Positions 56,814 to 64,000 of a stretch of DNA of 64,000 nucleotides are shown here, one piece after another; within the stretch, counting starts at the first letter, position 1; each line of letters starts with the position of its first letter. Source of the DNA: Thermodesulfobacteriota bacterium (lineage in GTDB: Bacteria > Desulfobacterota_D > UBA1144 > Nemesobacterales > Mycalebacteriaceae); contig OZ245366.1 in the NCBI GenBank assembly GCA_965226585.1, positions 640,001 through 704,000 of the forward strand, given 5' to 3'. The notes under the pieces are model-generated. The model searched no databases. It was not told where the DNA came from and saw only the letters and a list, made by a program, of their open reading frames with translations. A program made the position numbers and the translations under genes.

Positions 56814-56886
56814 GAGCCGTTAGCTCAGTTGGTAGAGCAACTGCCTTTTAAGCAGTGGGTCGCAGGTTCGAATCCTGCACGGCTCA
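56814..56886 (+). tRNA. tRNA-Lys(UUU)
   Basis: Cloverleaf with GAGCCGT/ACGGCTC acceptor stem, anticodon loop CTTTTAA and TTCGAAT T-loop; CCA not encoded. Confidence 0.96.
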
Positions 56887-56898
56887 CTTTTCTGTCCG

Positions 56899-56973
56899 GT
56901 CCCCGTCGTCTAGCCTGGTCCAGGACACCGCCCTTTCACGGCGGCAACAGGGGTTCAAATCCCCTCGGGGACG
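56899..56973 (+). tRNA. tRNA-Glu(UUC)
   Basis: Cloverleaf with GTCCCCG/CGGGGAC acceptor stem, anticodon loop CTTTCAC and TTCAAAT T-loop. Confidence 0.96.
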
Positions 56974-56994
56974 AAAATTAACAGCCGGAATTTT

Positions 56995-57684
56995 TCAGAA
57001 CGCATATTTGAGTATCATCCAGACTATCTTCGCGCCCGCTTTCGCGCTTCCCGTAAATGTGCCGCTTATCTTTGAAACGCCGGTGCGTTTTCTGTAACTC
57101 ACCGGAACTTCGGAGCATCTCAAACCTTGTTTTACCGCTTTTATCTGCATTTCCACAGTCCAGCCGTAGCCCTCATCCCGCATTTTCAAATCCCGCAGGC
57201 ACGGGAAAGTTATCGCCCGGAAGGGACCGAGGTCTGTAAAACTCTGCCCGAACAGAACGCTTAAAAGAAATCCCGCGACCTTGTTTCCGAAAACCGTGTG
57301 GGCGGGCATTGCTCCGCTCTGTCTCTCGCCTTTTATGCGGGAGCCGGCAACGAAATCGGCTTCATCTTTCAGTATCGGGTCAATCACACGGCTCATTTCT
57401 TCAGGGTAGTCCGAGTAGTCCGCGTCAAGAAAGACAACGATGGCGGGCTGGCGCGAGGGGTCTGATATGTGCCTTATTCCCGCGAGGCAAGCCTTGCCGT
57501 ATCCGCGAACCGGCTCGTCTATAACGGTTGCCCCGGCAGCGCGGGCGACAGCCGGGGTGTTGTCCGTTGAGCCGTTGTTGACAACCACCACCTCGCGGAC
57601 AAACTCCATTGGAATTTCACCGACAACCTTGCCGACCGAGTTTTCTTCATTCAGAGCGGGGATTATGACTGAAACGTTTTTCAT
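56995..57684 (-). CDS. Glycosyltransferase family 2 (DPM1-like)
   Basis: VIIPALNEE, NNGSTD, RGYGKAC, FLDADYSD and TDLGPFRAI motifs; ATG at 57684. Confidence 0.92.
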   Translation of the reverse strand: MKNVSVIIPALNEENSVGKVVGEIPMEFVREVVVVNNGSTDNTPAVARAAGATVIDEPVRGYGKACLAGIRHISDPSRQPAIVVFLDADYSDYPEEMSRVIDPILKDEADFVAGSRIKGERQSGAMPAHTVFGNKVAGFLLSVLFGQSFTDLGPFRAITFPCLRDLKMRDEGYGWTVEMQIKAVKQGLRCSEVPVSYRKRTGVSKISGTFTGSAKAGAKIVWMILKYAF

Positions 57685-57691
57685 CTTGCCG

Positions 57692-60600
57692 CTATACCGC
57701 CTCCAGAGTTGCGCCCGGAAGAACGCAGATATACCGCTCAACCGGTTTTCTGCCGTATATTTTCCCCACCGCCGCGCTGTAAAAATCCATCTGCTCCGTG
57801 TACCGGTCTTTTTCAAAAGAGTCCGTGTATTTGTAGTCCACAAGAATCGTTCCCTTGTCCGTTTCAAGCAGGAGGTCTATTTTTCCGTTTCGTATTCCGT
57901 CCGCCGTTTCAACGGTGAACTCGTATTCCCGTTTCATTCCGCGTGCGTTTTTTGCCATTTCCGCAAGAGGCGAGCGCAGGGCGTTTTCCGCGCATTTCGT
58001 CACTTTGTCTCTCACCTGAGAGGCGGGGAAAAACTTTTCTTCCGCAACAAAATCCGCAATCTCGGCAACGGAATCGGGAGAAAAATCCCATATCTCAAAA
58101 AACCTGTGCACAATCTCTCCCTCCTCGGTTTTTGCCATATCGCAAAACTTTTCCGCGCCGGTTTCGTTCGTATCTTTTTCTTCCGTTTCTTTCTCGTAAA
58201 GCGGGCGCAGGGTTTCGGCGGTTGCGCGCGCGCGGGGTTTTCCGGGTTTCTTTTCCGGAGTTTTTCGCGGCTCAGAGCGCGGTATCTCATCTCCCGTTTC
58301 CGCGGCTTTTGCCGCTTCAGAGTCCGCGCCCCTGAAATTCCGCGCTCTCGCTATCCGGCTTGCGAGGGAGCCACTCCCGGGTTTTGCGTATTCGCCCGTA
58401 AACAGAGCCTTTCCCGCCCTTGTCAATGTTACGTAGAGAATTCTGTCCTCTTCATCGGAGTTGTCTTTTGCCGCCTCTTTCCACCGCGCATTTCTGCCAG
58501 AGGCATGACACACAAAAAATTTTCCGTTCCGGTCAACCGCAACTCTTCCCGCGGGGTTCACCTGCCGGTAGTTCGAGTCCGCCACAAAAACAACGGGAAA
58601 CTCAAGCCCCTTTGCCCCGTGGCTTGTGAGCAGGGTTATAGAGTCTGTTTCCGCACCGCCTGAGAGTTGTTTTTCATCCGTGTTTCTTGCCGCGTCAAAA
58701 TACCGGACGGCTTCGGAAAGGTCTTTTCCCCCGGTCGCGAGGTCAGCGCACATTTCTGTGAATCTTATGACGTTTGAACGGATGTCGCGCCCGTTCGGAA
58801 GCGCGAGAGCCGCCGCCGCGTAGCCCAGCCGGTATGCGGCAAACATCGCGGCTTCAGCCGGAGAGCGGAAGTTTATTTCCTCTCCGCTCTCAACGGTTTC
58901 AACTATTGAAAGCAGGTAGTCCGCCGCGCGGTTCCATTCCGCGTTTCCGTTTCTCAGCGATTTCAGAAAGTCGCCGTATGTCCGGTTTTTGTTTCTTCGT
59001 TTTTCCGTGAAGTAACGTTCAAGATGCGCGTCCGATATTCCGAAAAACGGCGACCTTAAAACCGCCGCTTCAGAGTTTTCGTCAAGCGGGTTTTCAATAA
59101 ACTTCATCATTGAAACCATATCTCTTGTTTCCGCAAGATTGAAAAATCCGGTCGCGTCTTTTCTGAAAGGCATGCCTGAGAGCCGCAAAGCCCTTTCGTA
59201 GATGTCCATGTTCACCTTTCTTCTGAATATGAGCGCGATGTCGGAATACGCAAATCCGCAGTCTTCCACCAGTTCCGATATTTTTTTGCAGATAACGGCG
59301 GCTTCACTGCGTCTTCTTTCTTCCGCCTTTTCTCCGTCCACTTTCAGAGTGGAGAATACTCCCCCGCCTTCAAGTCCGGGTGTCATCGGCTCGTATCCTT
59401 TGGACGAAAAGAGGTTTCTGAAAAACACGTTCAGAAAATTGAGCAGTTGGGATGATGTTCTGTAATTTGTCGCGAGACGGAATTTTTCAAATTTGTCTGA
59501 TTTGAGAATTCCGTTAAACAGTTCCGGTTTCGCGCCCCTGAAACCGTAAATGGACTGAAAAGGGTCGCCCACAAGCACCAGTTTCCCCTCACCCGAAAGC
59601 AGGTTGATTATCTCGTTCTGCATTGAGTCCGTGTCTTGAAACTCGTCCACAAGCATAAGTTTGAACATATCCGTGTAGCGTTTCAGCGCAGACGGGTTTT
59701 CGCGCAAAATGGCAAGGGCGTTCACAAGGAGGTCTTCGTACCTGACCGCGCGGTTTTCCGCTTTTATCTCTTCATGCCGGTCAAGCGATTGTTCCGCAAC
59801 GGTGAGATACAGGTTTGTCAGCCGCCTGTTGAGAGTGTCTATGTGGTTTTCAGCGCGGGCGATTAGTTCATGCGCCGCCTCTATTTCCTTTTTTTCGGCG
59901 GTTTTCATCTCCGTTACTTTTTCCATGTTTTCCACAATCGCCATCAGCGTCTTGCACTTATCCGAATCGGGAGATGTCGGGAACCTGAGTTTTTTGATTG
60001 CCTTGAAACGTTTGGATGCGGAATTTGTCTTGAAAATGTCGCCGTACATCCCGATTGAATCGCCGTCCAGTTCCGCCGGAGCTTCCTCATCGCCGGTATC
60101 AATCTCCGCCGTTTTGAGAGGGCGGGGCAGATGTTTTTTCTCCGTCTCCCTGATTATGGATGTGATATTCGCAAGCGCGGTGTCCAGATTGAACGATTCT
60201 TCGGTGAGCAGGTCGCCAAGCGTTTTTGCCGCGGCTCCCTTTTCTTCGCGCAGTTTGAGTATGGTTTCAAGTATGGCGGATGAGAGCGCGGCATCCGCAT
60301 CTGCGGGGTCTGCTATTTCAAAACCTGCGGGGAAATTTGTGGAGAACAGATTTTCCCGCATTATTCGCGCCGCCAGTCCGTGAATTGTGCTTATCTGCGC
60401 CGCCGAAATTCTGCCCGGGGTTTCGGCGGTCAAAAAGCCGCGCGCGCCGAATTTTTTCACGTAATCCGCAGAGCTTTCGGCAAGCCGCTCCCTGAGTTCC
60501 GCCGCCGCATTTTCCGTGAAGGTTATTGCGGCGATTGAGTCAATATCCGCCCGTCCCGATTCAAGTTCGGCAAGGCACACGGCGATAAGAAAGCGCGTTT

Positions 60601-60703
60601 TTCCCGTTCCCGCTCCGGCGGAAACCGCCACTTTGCTCCCCCCGCACCGCAGAGCTTCGGCCTGCTCGCCGTTCAGTTCAAGAAGTTCAACTATCCTTTC
60701 CAT
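57692..60703 (-). CDS. addA: ATP-dependent helicase/nuclease subunit A (UvrD-type helicase + RecB-family nuclease)
   Basis: AGAGTGKT, TIH, VDEFQDT, VGDPFQSIYGFRGA, HGAKGLEFP, YVTLTRA and GKIDLL..VDYK motifs. Confidence 0.9.
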   Translation of the reverse strand: MERIVELLELNGEQAEALRCGGSKVAVSAGAGTGKTRFLIAVCLAELESGRADIDSIAAITFTENAAAELRERLAESSADYVKKFGARGFLTAETPGRISAAQISTIHGLAARIMRENLFSTNFPAGFEIADPADADAALSSAILETILKLREEKGAAAKTLGDLLTEESFNLDTALANITSIIRETEKKHLPRPLKTAEIDTGDEEAPAELDGDSIGMYGDIFKTNSASKRFKAIKKLRFPTSPDSDKCKTLMAIVENMEKVTEMKTAEKKEIEAAHELIARAENHIDTLNRRLTNLYLTVAEQSLDRHEEIKAENRAVRYEDLLVNALAILRENPSALKRYTDMFKLMLVDEFQDTDSMQNEIINLLSGEGKLVLVGDPFQSIYGFRGAKPELFNGILKSDKFEKFRLATNYRTSSQLLNFLNVFFRNLFSSKGYEPMTPGLEGGGVFSTLKVDGEKAEERRRSEAAVICKKISELVEDCGFAYSDIALIFRRKVNMDIYERALRLSGMPFRKDATGFFNLAETRDMVSMMKFIENPLDENSEAAVLRSPFFGISDAHLERYFTEKRRNKNRTYGDFLKSLRNGNAEWNRAADYLLSIVETVESGEEINFRSPAEAAMFAAYRLGYAAAALALPNGRDIRSNVIRFTEMCADLATGGKDLSEAVRYFDAARNTDEKQLSGGAETDSITLLTSHGAKGLEFPVVFVADSNYRQVNPAGRVAVDRNGKFFVCHASGRNARWKEAAKDNSDEEDRILYVTLTRAGKALFTGEYAKPGSGSLASRIARARNFRGADSEAAKAAETGDEIPRSEPRKTPEKKPGKPRARATAETLRPLYEKETEEKDTNETGAEKFCDMAKTEEGEIVHRFFEIWDFSPDSVAEIADFVAEEKFFPASQVRDKVTKCAENALRSPLAEMAKNARGMKREYEFTVETADGIRNGKIDLLLETDKGTILVDYKYTDSFEKDRYTEQMDFYSAAVGKIYGRKPVERYICVLPGATLEAV

Positions 60704-63566
60704 CTTCCACCTTGCGCGCCGCGCCGTCCTTTATTCTGCAAATGTCGGAATACGGGCAGAATCCGCACGGAGCGTCTTTTTTCAGAATTACCGGCTTTTC
60801 CCCGTACGGAAATTCCCCGTCTTTTCTTATCGGCGCGGGCGCGAAAAATCCTTTCTTTACAAGTTCTATGTTTTTCAGCGCCAGCAATTTCGCTTTTTTA
60901 ACCGGCACTTCCTGCATTCCCTTTTCCCCGGTGATGCCTGCCGCGTTCATCTCTCCGGGATTTTCCACGGATAGGTACGCGCCAATGTTCGTTTTTTTGC
61001 CTTCTCTTGAGGCAATGCTGTCAACATAGAGAGGAACCTGCAGTTTGCTCCGGTCGCAGAAAACGCCTTTTACCGCGCCCTTTTTGTAGTCGTAAACCGA
61101 CACTCCGTCCGGGCTTGTGTCCATCCGGTCGAGCCTGCCTTTCAACTTTGCGCCGCCGATGTTAACCACAACCTCCTCTTCAAAAAATTCCGGTTTGCTC
61201 ACGAACGACACCATCCTTCCCAGTTCAATCTGCGCGAAATGTTCAAGCGTGAAAAACGCGCGTTCTTTCTGCAATTTCCATACTCTTTCTTCAACGCGGC
61301 AGAACCGCCGCCGTGTTTCCGGGTCGTCAATAAAACCGCCGAGCAGTTCGGAAACCTTCTCCGGGCTTTTTATGAGGATCTCCGGGTGTTCCGATGAGAA
61401 AAGGTGTTTGAGAGCCGCGTGATAAAGCCCTCCCGTCTCCGCCGGAGACGGAACGGTTTCTCCGTGGGGTTTTTCTCTGATGCCGAGAGTGTTCGCGCAG
61501 AAAAACATAAAAGGGCATCTTCCCATTTTTTCAACGCCCGTTACGCTGAGCCCTTTGAGCCGCTGCTTCTCAATTCCCTCTCCCGCCATTCCCTCAAACC
61601 GCCCGAAATCCCCTTCGGGGCGCAGACGCTCTTTTTCCGCCTTTACTCCACCTTCTGCCGCCGCTTGCGCGAGTTTGAAAAACGGGTCTGCCGGGGCAAG
61701 CAGTTTCGCGGTTTTTTCGGGAATTTTTCCCTCGCGCAAAAGCGCGTTCGCCATTACCGTCTCCGCGCAGTAGGGGTTTGAGGGAATATCCGCCCCGCCG
61801 GTTTCCCTTTCCGTTACGGCGCGGGCTTCCTTCAATTCCTCAATAAAGTGCGAACGCCCCTCCGCTCCGCGAGTTGCCCCGCGTGAGTAAGAGACGAAAA
61901 GTTTGCCGGAAGCGCAGGCGAGAACGGAATGCCATATCAGCCGTTCATCGCTCAGGTAGTTGTCCGCCGTTGCGAACGCTTCCGCCCCGCAGTGGCGGTT
62001 GATGATGTCTTTCTCGCTGTCATTAAACACAAGGCTTTCCGCTTTGCGCGCCGGAAACGACCTTTCCCCGCAGTCAAGAACAAACACAACCGGATACGAG
62101 GTTCCCCGTGACTGCAAGGCGTTCATAACGGGAACGCGCCCGCCGCCGCCGGTTTTGCGCGAATATGTTTTTCCGTTCAAAAGTTCGGAAACAAATTCTG
62201 AAAACTCTTTGCGCGATGAGATTTTCGCGTCCCATTTCCCGCAGAAAAACTCCGCCTCCCTTAAAAACTCTCTCGCCTTCTCAACGGACGGGTCTGCCCC
62301 CGCCGCCTCAAACGCGCCCGTTTTATCTATTATGGAGCGCAGAGAGGAAAACACCGCGCTTTCTGACGGCGGCTCTCCGCCCGCGCCAAGACCCTCTGAC
62401 AGCATCCGTCTCAACTCCGTTATTTTCGCAAGCGCGCCTTTCAACTCCGGCTTGTCGCGAAGCGTATCCGTTACGCTTTCAAACCCGTCTCCCGGTTCCT
62501 CTCTTTTCCCGATTTGCTCAATCCGCCTTTCCATTAATTCCGCCGCCTCAAGGCCGCGCGCGCCGAAAAACTTTTTCAGCATGGGGTTTCTGATAAGCCG
62601 TATAAACTGCCCGTCCGCAAATCCGAGACGGGCTGTTTCAAGCAGGTTTTTGATAAGAACCGATATGCCCGAAGCCGCGCCGAGCCGTTCGGATTGAACA
62701 TTTACCGGAATTCCGTTTCTCTCGAACACATTCCGTATTACAGCTCCCGACGATTTCAAATTGCGGACGATGACGGCAAAATCCTCAATCGCTCTCCCGC
62801 CGTCCGCCATTCTCCGTATCTCACCCGCCGCAAACTCCGCCTCAGCCGTAACAGACGCAAACTGGCAGACGGAGATATCAGTCTTTTCCCCTCCGCTTTC
62901 CGCCGGAGTAGCCACAAGAGCCGATATTCCCGCCGCTTCCGCCGCCCTCAAAATACTGACGTGCAAGGGCGTGAGCCGGTGAAATCCCGCGGCGACTATC
63001 CTCTTCACCCGTCCGCTTATCACACCCTCAGAGCCGTTTGCCACCGCGCCTGCGAAGGCGGAGATGACGTCCGTGTCGTCAACCATCCCGGACTGCTCCA
63101 TCCGTTTTTCAGACTCCCCGATGACCGGCGCGATACCCGCGAGTTTCCGCGCCGTTTCGGGCGGCAGTTTTTCCTTCACCTTTTCGCTGAGAATTCGCGC
63201 CGTTATGCCGTTCTGTTTCAATCCCGCGCAAGAGGCAAGCAGTTCAAGTGCCGTCCGTGTCCGGTTTTCATCCGCTTTTCCCGCGCTCTCAATCGCCCGC
63301 CGCATAAGTATCATCCTTCCCGTCCGCGACAGTATCCGCTTCCGTCCCGCGCGGGTGTTGTGAGCGCGGGCAAGGGCTCCGAATGTTGTGATAAAGCGGA
63401 CAGAATCCGTGCCCCGGAACAGTTTACGGGCTTGCATTACGGCGGGAATATCGGGCAGAACAAGAAGGTCGCCATCAGCCGCCGGTTTGATGCCGAGACT
63501 TTCAAAAACCCCGCCGCCGCAAAGCGGCTCCGTAAAGACGGCTGTTTTCAAAGTTCCGGTTTTCAT
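60687..63566 (-). CDS. addB: Helicase/nuclease subunit B (degenerate helicase + PD-(D/E)XK nuclease with Fe-S cysteines)
   Basis: RCPFMFF, GRLDRMD..YDYK, QVPLY and CGFCPYSDIC motifs; overlaps the addA start. Confidence 0.85.
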   Translation of the reverse strand: MKTGTLKTAVFTEPLCGGGVFESLGIKPAADGDLLVLPDIPAVMQARKLFRGTDSVRFITTFGALARAHNTRAGRKRILSRTGRMILMRRAIESAGKADENRTRTALELLASCAGLKQNGITARILSEKVKEKLPPETARKLAGIAPVIGESEKRMEQSGMVDDTDVISAFAGAVANGSEGVISGRVKRIVAAGFHRLTPLHVSILRAAEAAGISALVATPAESGGEKTDISVCQFASVTAEAEFAAGEIRRMADGGRAIEDFAVIVRNLKSSGAVIRNVFERNGIPVNVQSERLGAASGISVLIKNLLETARLGFADGQFIRLIRNPMLKKFFGARGLEAAELMERRIEQIGKREEPGDGFESVTDTLRDKPELKGALAKITELRRMLSEGLGAGGEPPSESAVFSSLRSIIDKTGAFEAAGADPSVEKAREFLREAEFFCGKWDAKISSRKEFSEFVSELLNGKTYSRKTGGGGRVPVMNALQSRGTSYPVVFVLDCGERSFPARKAESLVFNDSEKDIINRHCGAEAFATADNYLSDERLIWHSVLACASGKLFVSYSRGATRGAEGRSHFIEELKEARAVTERETGGADIPSNPYCAETVMANALLREGKIPEKTAKLLAPADPFFKLAQAAAEGGVKAEKERLRPEGDFGRFEGMAGEGIEKQRLKGLSVTGVEKMGRCPFMFFCANTLGIREKPHGETVPSPAETGGLYHAALKHLFSSEHPEILIKSPEKVSELLGGFIDDPETRRRFCRVEERVWKLQKERAFFTLEHFAQIELGRMVSFVSKPEFFEEEVVVNIGGAKLKGRLDRMDTSPDGVSVYDYKKGAVKGVFCDRSKLQVPLYVDSIASREGKKTNIGAYLSVENPGEMNAAGITGEKGMQEVPVKKAKLLALKNIELVKKGFFAPAPIRKDGEFPYGEKPVILKKDAPCGFCPYSDICRIKDGAARKVEDGKDS

Positions 63567-63625
63567 GGAAACGCTCAAGAGCAGATTATAAAACAGAGCG
63601 CGCCTTATTGGAAACCTCAGAAGGA

Positions 63626-63702
63626 TGGCGTCCCCGGAGGGATTTGAACCCCCGACCCCAGGATTAGGAATCCTGTGCTCTATCCAGCTGAGCTACGAGG
63701 AC
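63626..63702 (-). tRNA. tRNA-Arg(CCU)
   Basis: Minus-strand cloverleaf GTCCTCG...CGGGGACGCCA with anticodon loop TTCCTAA. Confidence 0.96.
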
Positions 63703-63804
63703 GCTGATGCTGTTTCTCGCGCTATTATAGCAGTCTGCGGCGGGGTTAAAAAGACGGCGGAAAAATTAGCCGCGCCGCACTTGCTTTTTAGCCGTTCCTC
63801 ATAT

Positions 63805-63828
63805 AAAAATTAGGCATGCCTAATTTTT
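63805..63828. promoter_or_regulatory. DtxR/MntR/SirR-type operator (perfect 24-bp palindrome)
   Basis: AAAAATTAGGCATGCCTAATTTTT immediately upstream of the RBS of a DtxR-family gene. Confidence 0.85.
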
Positions 63829-63838
63829 TGGAGGCTTT

Positions 63839-64000
63839 ATGTTGAACCAGACAACTCAGGACTACCTGAAAACCATCTACGAACTTACGGAGCGTTCGGG
63901 CAGAGTTATGACCAAAGACATAGCCGAAAAGCTGAAAGTTTCCCCTCCCTCCGTTACCGAAATGACGAGAAAGCTCGCGGCGAAAAAACTTCTCACCTAC
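63839..64000 (+). CDS. DtxR/MntR-family metal-dependent repressor (runs off the window end)
   Basis: MLNQTTQDYLKTIYEL...TKDIAEKLKVSPPSVTEMTRKL; RBS GGAGG. Confidence 0.93.
   Translation, partial: MLNQTTQDYLKTIYELTERSGRVMTKDIAEKLKVSPPSVTEMTRKLAAKKLLTY

Noticed and set aside
56814..56994. tRNAs as integration sites for an island or prophage
   Set aside because: I found no duplicated tRNA 3' end, integrase or phage gene in the window; the same holds for tRNA-Arg at 63626-63702.
34742..57867. Over-long N-termini in the ORF track (e.g. starts at 34742, 43674, 46529, 54102, 57867)
   Set aside because: Most overlap neighbouring genes (46529 instead adds a non-family N-terminal extension); downstream starts fit the family N-termini, an RBS or stop/start coupling better.
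60687..61560. Cas4 nuclease
   Set aside because: The four-Cys PD-(D/E)XK domain is the C-terminus of a ~960-aa protein coupled to addA, so it is AddB.
57440..63647. Long plus-strand ORFs 57440-58663 and 62694-63647
   Set aside because: Antisense to addA/addB, with low-complexity Arg/Phe-rich translations.

Overview
A 64-kb chromosomal segment of a Gram-negative bacterium. The gene order and fusions (rimP-nusA-infB-rbfA-nrnA-rpsO-pnp, cobA/hemD, mtnP-pfkB, addAB, CxxxY-type CcmE) are of the Desulfobacterota/delta-like type; Candidatus Dadabacteria is a tentative, untested guess. Two housekeeping arms (about 1-31.7 kb and 50.6-64 kb) carry ABC exporters, pentose-phosphate genes, pterin genes, cytochrome c maturation genes, uvrB, the infB operon, three tRNAs, addAB and a DtxR/MntR-family regulator with its operator. 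Between them is an AT-richer accessory region (about 31.7-50.6 kb) with two toxin-antitoxin pairs, a displaced ccmH, a surface-glycan cluster and an autotransporter preceded by an orphan barrel fragment. The most striking signal is a 76-bp palindromic repeat of the CGTC-REP/dRS3 type. It occurs as 15 full copies in six same-orientation clusters, all confined to the accessory region. These clusters (i) bracket two small, self-promoted two-gene cassettes lying between paralogous glycosyltransferase genes, (ii) sit in frame inside the autotransporter, where private mutations keep the frame open, and (iii) overlap that gene's stop codon. No cognate transposase, recombinase or cas gene is visible in the window.
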